A model generated the notes under the pieces. The model ran no database searches, was not told the origin of the DNA, and saw only the letters and a program-made list of their open reading frames with translations. From Sulfolobales archaeon HS-7 (GTDB taxonomy: Archaea; Thermoproteota; Thermoprotei_A; Sulfolobales; Sulfolobaceae): 64,000 nt of DNA. The DNA lies in NCBI GenBank assembly GCA_019704295.1, contig AP024596.1:1568001-1632000 (forward strand). Direction: 5' to 3'. Position 1 is the stretch's first letter; each line of letters opens with the position of its first letter. Position numbers and translations under genes: made by a program. Below are positions 10,237 through 20,920 of the stretch, one piece after another.

Positions 10237-10926
10237 CTATAGAGTACCAATAGTTATATGTAAAATGTTCCTTTCAAGCTTCTGTTCCTTGATATAGGCA
10301 ATCTTTGATGTATACTCTGATATTATAGATGCCGCGATCATTGATTGCATAAAACCCAGAATCTCGTAAGTTTTTGCAGGCTTAGGTCCGTATATCCTTA
10401 CCTCAAAGGTAGAATCCTCAAGGGAGTTAACTTTTACATCCCTAGCTACTGTAAATACATCCTTCATTCCCTTCCTAAGAATATATCCCAAGTCCTCATT
10501 GAAAGTCAGCATTTTCTGCATCTCGTTAACTACAATAGTGCCAGGAGTTTCTAGAAACACTCCGAATTCCTTTTCATTAAAGTAATTCATTAACTCCCTG
10601 TTTACCTTCTTAATGCCGCTTTCCGGAATTTTATTTACTAAAAGCATACCGTTCGCTCCCAGGGATGACGGAACGAAAAGTCTATAGAACTGCTCCTTTC
10701 CGTAATATCTAAAAATCGCCTCGATATTAGATACGAGAGAAGTTAAAAGTAGTTCGTTGCTATCTTCTTTTTCACTACCAGTTAATCCTAGACCTACTGT
10801 TGAGGTTGAGATTATACCGATCGACAAAACCGCAAGAGGGATATATGAGGTGATTAGAAGAGAAAGGAACAACATACCTATACCGAAGATCATTATGTAT
10901 ATCCAAATGTAACCCATTTCTTTCAT
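10237..10926 (-). CDS. Uncharacterised membrane protein (2 TM plus soluble domain)
   Basis: Two N-terminal TMs; start overlaps upstream GT4 stop. Confidence 0.75.
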   Translation of the reverse strand: MKEMGYIWIYIMIFGIGMLFLSLLITSYIPLAVLSIGIISTSTVGLGLTGSEKEDSNELLLTSLVSNIEAIFRYYGKEQFYRLFVPSSLGANGMLLVNKIPESGIKKVNRELMNYFNEKEFGVFLETPGTIVVNEMQKMLTFNEDLGYILRKGMKDVFTVARDVKVNSLEDSTFEVRIYGPKPAKTYEILGFMQSMIAASIISEYTSKIAYIKEQKLERNILHITIGTL

Positions 10927-11978
10927 TGTAATATTCCCCTATAGAGTTCCTCGTGTTGTCTAACAACCTCCTCCCAAGTCTTTACCTCTTTTTTACCCTG
11001 CTCTCCAACCTGCTGGGCCAATTCAGGAGAGGCGAGCACAGCGTTAATTTGCCTTACCATTTCCGACTCTGAGGCTTTTGGAAATAGAAATCCGTTTTCG
11101 CCATGTCTTATTCTATAACTTAAACTGCCTGCGCTACTAGCGACTACCGCCTTGCCTCTTGCCCAGGCTTCGCTAAGTACTATTGAATATGCTTCCGCGT
11201 AATCCGATATACTCGGTATGATAACCGCTTCCGAGTTATCTATTAATCTTATTTTCTCATCCTCATTAACGTATCCTGTAAATTTCACTTTCCCCTCAAC
11301 GCCTTCCCTCCTCGCCATCTTCTGGTAATATCTGACGTCACCAGAACCTGCAATTATCACATTTGCGTTGATTTTTTTCGTAGCTCTTATCAATAGTTCT
11401 ACCCCTTTCAATCTCTCTAACCTTCCTACATATAAAACATATCTATCCCCTTGTGATGGGGAACGCGTTGTAGCTAAATACCTTTCGTCTACTCCGTCCT
11501 CAATTACCGCAGGATCGAATCCCCATCTCTCCCTGACGATTTTACTATCACGGTAGTTCTTCACTATAAGTCGCTTACTATTTAATGCTATTCCTAATCC
11601 CCAGCTAGAGTAAAGCTTGCCTAATGTCCTCTTGATCAAGCTCGGATGGTCTGCTAACGAATCTATTGCCATTAGGGTAAATACGCTATTCTTTATTCCT
11701 TTATGTAACAATAAGGAGAAAAGGGAATTTTGTGAATGAAAGTGGACTAAATCTGCGTCATTAAGTTCTTCTGGAACCTCTAAAGGTACAGTAATATCGT
11801 TTATACCTAACATCTTAATAGATCTAGGCTTGACCGTCCTGAACGTAGAGTCTAAGCTTGAGGTGCAGACCACAGTTACATCGTGTTTCCTTGCCAATCT
11901 CGTGGATAACTCATAAACGACTTTTTCAATCCCTCCCACTTTAGGATCAGCGGATCGAGCAACATGAACTAATTTCAT
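10923..11978 (-). CDS. GT4 glycosyltransferase
   Basis: MKLVHV...VGGIEK, YVGRLERLKG, EAYSIVLSEAW; start 11978 gives ATGA overlap with upstream stop. Confidence 0.9.
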   Translation of the reverse strand: MKLVHVARSADPKVGGIEKVVYELSTRLARKHDVTVVCTSSLDSTFRTVKPRSIKMLGINDITVPLEVPEELNDADLVHFHSQNSLFSLLLHKGIKNSVFTLMAIDSLADHPSLIKRTLGKLYSSWGLGIALNSKRLIVKNYRDSKIVRERWGFDPAVIEDGVDERYLATTRSPSQGDRYVLYVGRLERLKGVELLIRATKKINANVIIAGSGDVRYYQKMARREGVEGKVKFTGYVNEDEKIRLIDNSEAVIIPSISDYAEAYSIVLSEAWARGKAVVASSAGSLSYRIRHGENGFLFPKASESEMVRQINAVLASPELAQQVGEQGKKEVKTWEEVVRQHEELYRGILQ

Positions 11979-13030
11979 TTTAATTCCTTCCTCCATACGA
12001 TGACTTCTCCCTTCATTGCGAAGAATTGTGATAAGATTAAGGCTATTTGGTTCGGTATCCAAGCTAACGCGATCTTCCTGAACCTCTTATTAACCATAAA
12101 AAGAGAGGCAATAGCGATGACGCCCATCGTAATCACTGGGGCGGAGAAAAGCATTAGCGAAAGGCCTATTATTAAGAACCAAGGTCCCACGGTATGAAGG
12201 TAAGTCTCCTCAGCGAAGACGATCTTAAAGTCCTTATTACTTGATCTCATCACTTTAATTACGTTTCTCAAGAAATGCCTTACTAAATGAGACCCCCTCC
12301 TAGTTTTCCAGCTTAGGTATTCGAGTATTTTCTTCGGAGACTCCTCAACAACCCTCATAGTAGGTATGGATATGGCTCTATATCCCTTCAGTGACAAGAG
12401 AGTTGCTATTGTACTGTCATCAGCTCCAACAGTAGGTATTTCCTCAGGCGTAATCAAATTTCTATTGAAGGCTACCATTTCCCCGTTAAATATGGGAGTA
12501 GAGAACATAGCAGACTCACCTACTCTAACGTCATTATAGAAGTCCCTGTAGGAGTTCTCTAGTTCCCCATAGGAGTGTTTCACGCAAGTTACGGCCCCGA
12601 CTTTACCATTAAGATAACTTAGGGCATTGCTTAACGGATCGATCCAGATAGCGTCGGCATCCGTTACTACAACTATATCGCCCTTCGATTGCCTCATTGC
12701 TTCCTTTACCGCGTGAATTTTACCTGTTCGATTTTGTTGTTTTATGAGCTTCACGTCACTGAACTCCCTCAATTCCTCTTCAATGCCATCCTTGCTAGAG
12801 TCTATAATTATGACCTCCACGTTCTCTCCTTTTGTCTTCTCAAACACATTTTTCAGTTTCTTCCTAATTCTAGCTCTCTCATTATAGGTAGGAATAATAA
12901 TCGATATCAATGGTAAAGGACGATTGGTGGGTGTAGTGCTAAGTTTTCTCTTACTAATTACCGAGTAATAGCCGATGGGTTGGACGAAATGAAGTGAAGT
13001 TATTAGCACCCCTAAGTCAAATAACAACAT
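11975..13030 (-). CDS. GT2 glycosyltransferase with TM helices (cellulose-synthase-like subgroup)
   Basis: IPTYNE, TDADA, GADD, KTRRG; TMs at both ends. Confidence 0.88.
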   Translation of the reverse strand: MLLFDLGVLITSLHFVQPIGYYSVISKRKLSTTPTNRPLPLISIIIPTYNERARIRKKLKNVFEKTKGENVEVIIIDSSKDGIEEELREFSDVKLIKQQNRTGKIHAVKEAMRQSKGDIVVVTDADAIWIDPLSNALSYLNGKVGAVTCVKHSYGELENSYRDFYNDVRVGESAMFSTPIFNGEMVAFNRNLITPEEIPTVGADDSTIATLLSLKGYRAISIPTMRVVEESPKKILEYLSWKTRRGSHLVRHFLRNVIKVMRSSNKDFKIVFAEETYLHTVGPWFLIIGLSLMLFSAPVITMGVIAIASLFMVNKRFRKIALAWIPNQIALILSQFFAMKGEVIVWRKELK

Positions 13031-13157
13031 GATGTATTCAGAATCGTTTTGATTCCCCTCATAATAAATGGCATTGTAGATGTTATGTTTCTAGTTCTAT
13101 ATTTTGCCTTATATCGAGCATAGTGGTTTACAAATAAGTCGGAGGGAATAGCGTAAA

Positions 13158-14075
13158 ATGAAAGCAATGGCAATCATGCCTTTAACCAAATTCAACAGTG
13201 AATTCATAACGGCTATTTCTTCCATAGTTTATTTATGATAACGGAGTAACCGACATATCGAGCGTCTTTGAGGACGATGCAGATCAAAACTACTTAAGGG
13301 CTTTAAGAAAGAATTTCCAGAATATTATGGCTAGAATTAAGAGAAGCAAAGCAACGTCAGAAAAGCCTACTTCGAAATCAAGAAAATTTACTTCGATTGA
13401 CTCATATCCCACACGAGAAACTCGGTAATCTAAAAATTTTCATTATGCAATACTAATTCCATAGCGAAACTAATGAGAGAGATCTATTAAGCGTAGAGTG
13501 TGATGAGCTTTATCCTCCTATTATCTTACCTCAGGATGACGTCGGAACCGATAAAAGAAATTTTTTAGTGAGAATTGGAAAATACCGTTAAGTGAAGGAA
13601 GTGGAAGGGGTTCATATCAATCGCAAAATTAGTAAGAAAAACTCAAACGCAGAATTCAAAGATATCGGAAAACTCGGCCGATTTCACTTCAGCATGATGA
13701 ACCCAGGCTATTAACGAGGAATGAAGTGGAACTATTAATTGATGTTAGCGAGAGAGAAATGAGACCTTTATCCGTTCGGCGAAGACTGTGCTCCACTATC
13801 AACGAACAGGTAATTTCGGTCTCGGCGTAGCCTAGGCCATGTTAGCCGGTGCGGTTCCAGTAATTTATAGATTTACCGGATTATGGAAGGATAACTCATA
13901 AGATGGAAATTCGCTCTTAGATGTTCCAATCAAACCTAGGCTTCTGAGATAATATTGGATTCCTATTTAATGCAAATTTATTAGAGAAATGCAGTGTAAT
14001 TTCAAAGCTAAAAGCCAAGAACTTCTTATTCGAAAACTTTCGCTGAAGAGTAAAAAATACTTGATAATTTTGAAT
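13158..14075 (+). pseudogene. Decayed GT4, paralog of 38476..39582
   Basis: Fragments MKAMAIMPLTKFNSE, CDELYPP, IGKY, FISIAKLVR, AKTVLH...NFGLGVA*AMLAGAVPVIY match the intact gene; multiple stops and frameshifts; end approximate. Confidence 0.8.
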
Positions 14076-14224
14076 AAAATCTCTGATAAGTGTTATAGAA
14101 GTTTAACGGTTTTTACCTATACTTTTTACGTCAATACTTAGATAAAACCTTAGGGAAATTGAGGATAATGAAGTATTGGAAAAGTATGTAGACATATTTA
14201 TAGTCGTGTCGATCACTGCATAGT

Positions 14225-15001
14225 ATGGTAATGACAAGTGTAAACTTGATAATACGGGAAAACAATGAAGTAATTGAAAAAATAGTAGAGTCCGTTACCA
14301 ATTCCGCAGACTCCTCAATGGAAATTGTGGTTATACAAAAGGGCACTAAGGGTGCTTCAATCAGAGGGATAAACGCTTATAGATTTGAAGGAAGCATGGG
14401 ACAAGCTAGGAGCTACGCCTTAATGAAGTCTAATGGTAAATACATTATATCGTTAAGTGATAGGCTTTTGTATAAAGACCTCACTTCTCTTGAACAGATA
14501 TATAGCGGCAAATTTGACGGCTATGGTGTGAAGGTCGGAAACAGTTCCTTTTTTTTAGTAACGCAGAGGGCCTTGCTTCAATCGTTAGGGTTCAGAGATC
14601 TTGATTACCTTGATGATTGGGATATACTCTTTAGGTTAACAGATATGAATAGATTACTTTTTATCACAGAACAGGATTATGTTTCTGGACAAATAGAAAA
14701 TGAAATTAATTTGCCCAAAAGAAGCGGACTCTTTAAAAGGAAAAACGTGTTCCTAGACAGCGCTGGTCTGCCCCAGGACAGTTCGACGGAACAAATATTA
14801 AAGGAGCTCGTTAAAGGAGCAGATAAGGATTACAAATGCACTCGCTTCCTGGACGACTTCCCCGCTAAGTATAATCTACCCTTAGCTTATAGATACTACT
14901 ATAACATGATAAGGCTAGAGTACTTTAGGACAATGAACCCGTTATTCAAGGAAAGTATGGATTTAGTAATGAAAGACTACGAGAAAGGGTTAGGACAATG
15001 A
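14225..15001 (+). CDS. Divergent GT2-like protein lacking a clear DxD
   Basis: GQARSYALMKSNGKYII, LGFRDLDYLDDWDILFRL; colinear with the frameshifted GT2 at 5186..6015. Confidence 0.7.
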   Translation: MVMTSVNLIIRENNEVIEKIVESVTNSADSSMEIVVIQKGTKGASIRGINAYRFEGSMGQARSYALMKSNGKYIISLSDRLLYKDLTSLEQIYSGKFDGYGVKVGNSSFFLVTQRALLQSLGFRDLDYLDDWDILFRLTDMNRLLFITEQDYVSGQIENEINLPKRSGLFKRKNVFLDSAGLPQDSSTEQILKELVKGADKDYKCTRFLDDFPAKYNLPLAYRYYYNMIRLEYFRTMNPLFKESMDLVMKDYEKGLGQ

Positions 15002-16209
15002 AAATTCACATGGTCACGGAAACGGAACAAAGAGGTACTTACGCAACTTTCCTTATCACATTCCTTAGACTAAAATCGTTAGGTTTCGACGTGAAAATGC
15101 ATACTCTCTTTAACTCTGAATTCGATGTTTTGGAACCTCCCAGTAAGAGTAGTATATTCGGAGAGGAAACCGTTATGAACTCGGAAGGGTTTTCGTTAAA
15201 AACGCTAGACAGGATTAAACTTGAACCAAGAAATTCAATAGTTCACATTGGGAACGCATGGCATGGTCTAATTCCAATAGCGGAGAAAATGGGAGCGAAA
15301 ACCGTTATTAACATACAATACTGGTGGCCAATTTGTTACTTTAATTCCATGAGCGACTCTAAATGTGATTGTCAAAGCTACTTTAAGATCGCAGGGTGTA
15401 TTAGAAGGAAAAAAGGGGGAATTAAAGGGATCGCATCGTTAGCTGAGGCGGAGTACGCTAAAAGGAAATTAAAGGCAATAAGGGAAAACGTATCTCAAGC
15501 GTCTGCAATCATAGCGGTAAGTAAGGTAGTTAAAAACGAACTTATCAAAAGGGGGTTCCCCGAGGAGAAAATACGTGTGGTGGAGGTTAACGCGCTAACG
15601 CTAGCCATAAAATACTCTCAACCAAGACATCATAAGTTCTTTACCTATGCATACCTTAGTTACCCAGATAGAGAAAAGGGTATATTTCAACTGTTGACAG
15701 CTTTCACAATAGCACTTAAGAAAAACCCTAACATAAGACTGAAAATACCGGGTGGGCTGGATTCAAAAGAGGTTGTAAAAGAGGTCCACAGATTGGGAAT
15801 TAATAAACAGGTCATGCTTTCAAAAAGGGTACCGTACTCTGAATACATGGGATCACTTGGAGAGATGCTATCTGACGTCGACTTCGTCGTAGTTCCCAGC
15901 CTTTACCTTGATACGTGGGGGAGAGTGGTTATCGAGTCAATGATGGCGGGCAGACCCACTATCGTGACGCAAGGAAATGGGGGACTTGTGGAACAAGTCG
16001 AGGACGGAGTTGACGGATTTCACGTAAACACTTACGATGTTAATGCTTTCGGTGAATTTTTGTATAAGACGTCTATGATGAACTCTGAGGATGTAATGAA
16101 AATGGGAGTTAAGGCTAGAAACAACATGCTGAGGAAGTTCAATAACGACAATATAATGAACAGGCTAATCGCAATTTACAGAGAGATTGGGGAAAACGGA
16201 ACGCAATGA
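14998..16209 (+). CDS. GT4 glycosyltransferase
   Basis: EKG, VVPSLYLDTWGRVVIESMMAG; Cys cluster in N-domain. Confidence 0.9.
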   Translation: MKIHMVTETEQRGTYATFLITFLRLKSLGFDVKMHTLFNSEFDVLEPPSKSSIFGEETVMNSEGFSLKTLDRIKLEPRNSIVHIGNAWHGLIPIAEKMGAKTVINIQYWWPICYFNSMSDSKCDCQSYFKIAGCIRRKKGGIKGIASLAEAEYAKRKLKAIRENVSQASAIIAVSKVVKNELIKRGFPEEKIRVVEVNALTLAIKYSQPRHHKFFTYAYLSYPDREKGIFQLLTAFTIALKKNPNIRLKIPGGLDSKEVVKEVHRLGINKQVMLSKRVPYSEYMGSLGEMLSDVDFVVVPSLYLDTWGRVVIESMMAGRPTIVTQGNGGLVEQVEDGVDGFHVNTYDVNAFGEFLYKTSMMNSEDVMKMGVKARNNMLRKFNNDNIMNRLIAIYREIGENGTQ

Positions 16210-17252
16210 AAAGTGTATCAGTGATTCTCCTTGACGCGAGATCGTTAGGGGGAATTCAGCTTATGACTTTTGAGGTAATGAGGATCCTGAGAAACAACGA
16301 CTATCCCGTAACCTTTGTTACCAGTAACGTCTCGAGTACTGTAATGAGGTACCTATCCGAAATGAAAATAAAGGGGTTAAAGATCAGGAATTTACCTAAA
16401 ATTCCGACGATTACTGGAGAAATGTATTTCTCACACGTGTTTTATAGAGAAAAAGAGGAATTAGGAATGAATATGCATGGAGATATTCAGCCAATAGAAT
16501 CTAACATAATATATTTTCATCAGTTTAATATTGATTATAGAATGCGTTCTCCTCTTTTTAAGAGAATGGTCCTCCTTCCGCAATACTATGTCAGGAAGAG
16601 GTTTTTAACGAAGGTAAAAACTACCAATAACTTAGTCCTAGTAAACAGCGAGTGGACTAAAAGGGAGGCAAGGGATTTTTGGGGAATAAATGCAAGGGTG
16701 TTGCACCCTCCCGTTTCCTTAACGGATTTACGAAATATCTATACGACGGAAAGGGAAAACAGAGTAGTGACGATATCTAGATTTTCACCAGATAGAGGAT
16801 TAGAAAACGTTCTTAAAACTGCAAACAATAGCGAGTTCAAGTTTACCCTAGCGGGCTTTGTAGAGAACAAATCTTACTTTAAACGCCTTGACGAGAATAA
16901 GGGGAAAAACGTAGAACTCATACCTAACATAGGTAATGAAGAAAAGGTAAAACTCTTTTCTCGTTCTAAAGTTTACCTCAATCCTACTCCTTACGTGGAG
17001 GGGTTCGGCGTTTCGGTTGTGGAAGGAATGGCCGCTGGTCTGATCCCCGTTACTAAGAATACAGGCGGTGTCTTAGACTTCGTTCCGAAGGAATTCATGT
17101 TTGAAAAAATAGATGAGGCACCCTCTTTAATAACAAATGCAATGCGTTCCTGGGGTGAGAGGAAAATGTATGATATGAAGGGAATAGCCGAGACGTTCTC
17201 TAGTGAGGTCTTCGAGAAAAGATTGTTAACGTTGTTGGAAGAATTTAGGTAG
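16206..17252 (+). CDS. GT4 glycosyltransferase
   Basis: NSEWT, HPPV, ISRFSPDRG, EGFGVSVVEGMAAG. Confidence 0.9.
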   Translation: MKSVSVILLDARSLGGIQLMTFEVMRILRNNDYPVTFVTSNVSSTVMRYLSEMKIKGLKIRNLPKIPTITGEMYFSHVFYREKEELGMNMHGDIQPIESNIIYFHQFNIDYRMRSPLFKRMVLLPQYYVRKRFLTKVKTTNNLVLVNSEWTKREARDFWGINARVLHPPVSLTDLRNIYTTERENRVVTISRFSPDRGLENVLKTANNSEFKFTLAGFVENKSYFKRLDENKGKNVELIPNIGNEEKVKLFSRSKVYLNPTPYVEGFGVSVVEGMAAGLIPVTKNTGGVLDFVPKEFMFEKIDEAPSLITNAMRSWGERKMYDMKGIAETFSSEVFEKRLLTLLEEFR

Positions 17253-17304
17253 GAGGGAAAAAGTACCATGCTAATTTTTAACGAACGTACTTTAGAATAA
17301 AGTT

Positions 17305-18417
17305 ATGGACATTGTTTTACTGCCAGGCTCTACAGAGAACGCATGGGACGGAATAGAAGTTTACTCTTATGAAGTAGGAAGACGGTTAGCAGAAAAGGGA
17401 CATAATGTAGTAGGAATAAAGTTAGGGGATAAGAGCTTTATTAGGGATGTCAGCGAAAGGTTTTCAGTTAAGTACATAGCCGTTCCGGGAATAAAGGGGG
17501 GATTAGGATATCATATGAGGTTTGGTTTAGCTGTTTCTAAAAGTAGAGAAGCGCTCTTGAATTCAAATGTTATTCACGCTATAGGCGGGTATTACGCCCC
17601 AATCGAGTTCCTCCCACATAAGAAGGTCGTTACGGTTATTGGTGCAAGTTCGTTAAGGGAGAAAAGCTCTATGAAAAAGTCTCTACGGAGACTTATGGGA
17701 AGAATGCTTTATAAAATGGCAGACGCATATATTGCACCAAATCAACTCATAAAAAATGAATTGGAAGTTTATTACAAGATCAGTAACCCGTTTCTGATCC
17801 CTAATGGGGTCGACCTTGATGGTCTGAGGGTGGAGAGGAGGAAGGAAATTAGGGATAAATTCGGAATATCTCCAGACGAAAAAGTCGTCCTATATCTAGG
17901 TCAGTTGGTTTATGGAAAACGACTAAAGGAGCTAATTGTCTCTTTTGCAAAGCTTTCTGAAACCGAGGAGAAAGCTAGGTTAATTCTCGTTGCGTGGGGA
18001 TATCTTAAGGACCAAATCCAGGCGCTCATAAAGGACCTTAGAATTACGTCAAAAGTTAGCCTAATCAAGCCGGTCAAATACCCCGAAAGGAAATACGCAT
18101 ACTCGCTAGGAGATGTTTTCGTCATGATGGGCGAATCCTTTGGTGACGGAGGAGTAAGCTCGGCCCTCCTTGATGCTATGGGAGCAGGACTTCCGGTTAT
18201 CGTGTCGAAGAACAGCGTTAACTCCTCACTAGTTATAGACGGATATAACGGCTACTCTGTAAACCCAGAAGTTACTGAAAGCGTGGTTATGGCGATGAAG
18301 AATTGCATTTATAATAGTGAACTTGGTCAAAGATCCCTCGAAATAGCGAGAAATTACGATTGGGGTAAAATAGCTGAGGAAATAATAAAGGTATATGAAT
18401 ACGCATTAAGAAAATGA
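17305..18417 (+). CDS. GT4 glycosyltransferase
   Basis: IPNGVD, YLGQLVYGK, ALLDAMGAGLPVI. Confidence 0.9.
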   Translation: MDIVLLPGSTENAWDGIEVYSYEVGRRLAEKGHNVVGIKLGDKSFIRDVSERFSVKYIAVPGIKGGLGYHMRFGLAVSKSREALLNSNVIHAIGGYYAPIEFLPHKKVVTVIGASSLREKSSMKKSLRRLMGRMLYKMADAYIAPNQLIKNELEVYYKISNPFLIPNGVDLDGLRVERRKEIRDKFGISPDEKVVLYLGQLVYGKRLKELIVSFAKLSETEEKARLILVAWGYLKDQIQALIKDLRITSKVSLIKPVKYPERKYAYSLGDVFVMMGESFGDGGVSSALLDAMGAGLPVIVSKNSVNSSLVIDGYNGYSVNPEVTESVVMAMKNCIYNSELGQRSLEIARNYDWGKIAEEIIKVYEYALRK

Positions 18418-20085
18418 TACCGATACTACACCTGAACTGAAAAATATCGTAGAATTGGCAACAATTCCGCCACAGTATTCATGATATCCCTTCAAGTTAG
18501 GACCATTAAAGTATTCGGATAAAGTCTCTACATATGGCCCTATAAACTGCACGTTATTTGACGTTATGTAAAGCGATTGCGAGTTATCCCCTTCGTAAAT
18601 GTAGATCTGTTTATAAAAGCTGTAAGTTGAAATCGTTGATATCCCGTATTTCCCTAGTATAATTCCAGAGTAAAAAGCCCCCTCAGGTGAGTGTTCTGAG
18701 GTTGAAATCGTTGCATACCCTAATATCGATAACGGTACATTAAAAATCAACCCTATGAACAACAACTTAGCTATAAATCGCCTATCTAAAGTTCTAGTGA
18801 CACTGAAGTAATAGACTAAAACTATCACGTAAAATATCATCGCTTGAGGTATCATACGAGTTAACACGTTACTAACGTTATCTACAAGGCCTACTACAGC
18901 TTGAAACAGTAAAAGCGTTGTTCCTAAATAGACAAGGGTGGTAATTTCCCTCGTGCCTTTCTTTGTTAGTTTTAAAAAAATTACGGAAATCAAGGTGCCT
19001 ATGAGGAAAATTCCTCCCTCTAGTAACTTACTAGCAACAGATATGAAGTGGAATGGAGAGGGAGGGAGGAATGTGGAGACTAGGTTCGCTGCAGGTACCG
19101 AGAGCACCGTCGCCCTTTGTGGAAGAAAGGTGGAAACCAAAAGATTAACGAAACTTCGAATTAACGTAACATCGCCACTTATAGTTCCTGAAGCCGCTGG
19201 ATTGAGGTAGGACCAATATATATATGAACCAAGTCCGGCGAAAAGGGAGTATCCTGTCACTAGTTTTGTTACGTTATATTTCCCCTTAAGAAACCAAAGA
19301 AGAGGTATGGTGAGAACTAGTGTACTTGTAAAGGTAGCTATATCTGTAAGGGACGATAATACAGTAAACGCTATCACAAGGGGGATATACCTAAGCCCTC
19401 CCCTCTTCACAATTAAACCTACGATTAGGATCAAGGGATAGAGTAGGTTATACGACATCAGCTGAGGAGACCATTCTGCAGGTGCAAACGGCATTGAAGA
19501 AAAAACGTATATAATTCCAGCTAGTTCGGATAGAGGGGGCTTTAAAAATAGTCTGATAAATACATAGTCCACAATATACTGGAATAAGGTAAAGAACATC
19601 GGGCCGTAGTAGAGAAAAAAACTAGTCGGGCCCATACCCGATACGATATAGGAGAAAGCGCCGAATATGTATCCTGCTGGATAATCCGCCTCATATATGC
19701 CCTTATTCGCTACGGTGTTATGTGCAGTTAGTAATATGAAAACTTGAGTCGCATGTCCCAACTCGTCCCTACTTAATATGAAAACAGGATTAATGAAGTA
19801 AAATACGAAGAAACTATTAAATAGAACCAGGAGATATTCTATTCCAATAAGATGTGAGTATAACTTACTCCCTATATTTCTATACTGTGAAATAGTGAAA
19901 ATAGATGAAATAACTGTTAAACCTTCGGCTATCCAATAGGAAAAGGGAAGTTCCTGAACTAGTCCAAAAGGGTACTTCAGAAGATCGTAGTTTGAAATTG
20001 TTACGGATAGAATAACATATATTGTCATTTCTACAGATAGGAACAGGAGTGCGAGAGAGACGATTTCTACCTTCTTTAACGTCAA
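18406..20085 (-). CDS. Polytopic membrane protein, putative GT-C/Wzy-like polymerase or transferase
   Basis: More than 12 hydrophobic segments; RDELGH and YEADYP in first large loop; glycan-cluster context. Confidence 0.6.
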   Translation of the reverse strand: MTLKKVEIVSLALLFLSVEMTIYVILSVTISNYDLLKYPFGLVQELPFSYWIAEGLTVISSIFTISQYRNIGSKLYSHLIGIEYLLVLFNSFFVFYFINPVFILSRDELGHATQVFILLTAHNTVANKGIYEADYPAGYIFGAFSYIVSGMGPTSFFLYYGPMFFTLFQYIVDYVFIRLFLKPPLSELAGIIYVFSSMPFAPAEWSPQLMSYNLLYPLILIVGLIVKRGGLRYIPLVIAFTVLSSLTDIATFTSTLVLTIPLLWFLKGKYNVTKLVTGYSLFAGLGSYIYWSYLNPAASGTISGDVTLIRSFVNLLVSTFLPQRATVLSVPAANLVSTFLPPSPFHFISVASKLLEGGIFLIGTLISVIFLKLTKKGTREITTLVYLGTTLLLFQAVVGLVDNVSNVLTRMIPQAMIFYVIVLVYYFSVTRTLDRRFIAKLLFIGLIFNVPLSILGYATISTSEHSPEGAFYSGIILGKYGISTISTYSFYKQIYIYEGDNSQSLYITSNNVQFIGPYVETLSEYFNGPNLKGYHEYCGGIVANSTIFFSSGVVSVSFS

Positions 20086-20095
20086 TTAGCTCACC

Positions 20096-20332
20096 TCACA
20101 AGCCCAGTAATTGAATCATATATATACCAGCCCAAATAATCCACATGAGGGAAACTCCCGTCATAACATAAGACGTTCTCCTCTTCAGCGGATAATAGTA
20201 AACATGTATTAACGCTGTGGCTAATGCGAATAAAATCACGTAAACCCTTATATCAGTAACACCTATAGATGAAAGAATCGTGGCTAAAACCGTATAAGTG
20301 GCGATCATTGTAACTGGTAGAGAATTATTCAA
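20096..20332 (-). CDS. Small 3-TM membrane protein
   Basis: Three hydrophobic helices; overlaps upstream gene by 4 nt. Confidence 0.7.
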   Translation of the reverse strand: MNNSLPVTMIATYTVLATILSSIGVTDIRVYVILFALATALIHVYYYPLKRRTSYVMTGVSLMWIIWAGIYMIQLLGL

Positions 20333-20805
20333 TCTTCAACCACCACATAGGTCTTAACGAACCAAATAACTTCTCCTGCTATTATCAATGTAACTAGAAT
20401 AGAAGTTGAGGTTATCCCAACAGTGAAATCAAGGATGAACCCTAAGAGAACTACAAGGGAGAAACTAACCCCTAATGATAGGCCCATTTTCTCCAATCCG
20501 TCGAGGTTCTTCATTTCCCTTCCATAAACCACGTAAAGTAAGTTGTAACCAAGTAAAAACGTTACGAAGACTCCTCCAAACATCAATTTAAGGACGTTAT
20601 CGAGGTCTCCCGACGTAAAAAGGGATAAGAGAAGTACTCCACTCGAAACGTGAGTTAAGATCGTTGACAAATCCCATTTGCGTCTTATTTCATAACGACT
20701 TCTTATAATTTCTATAGCTTGTTGCCTGCTGTAGCCGTTTTTCTCCAGTATAGAGACCGCATCCCCAACGGTCATACCATCCAACGTAATATCCTCTTTT
20801 AACAT
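20329..20805 (-). CDS. DUF1616-like N-terminal membrane module
   Basis: FLLGY...LDGLEKMGLSLGVS...LLGFILDFTVGI resembles DUF1616 membrane part. Confidence 0.6.
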   Translation of the reverse strand: MLKEDITLDGMTVGDAVSILEKNGYSRQQAIEIIRSRYEIRRKWDLSTILTHVSSGVLLLSLFTSGDLDNVLKLMFGGVFVTFLLGYNLLYVVYGREMKNLDGLEKMGLSLGVSFSLVVLLGFILDFTVGITSTSILVTLIIAGEVIWFVKTYVVVED

Positions 20806-20920
20806 AACGATAAATAAGCTCCCGCTAACTAGGTTATTAAATTGATATGATAATTCTCACCATGCGATTCTATTTCTTGAATGCACACATATTAATAGTT
20901 AGGAGTGTACACATTAGATA

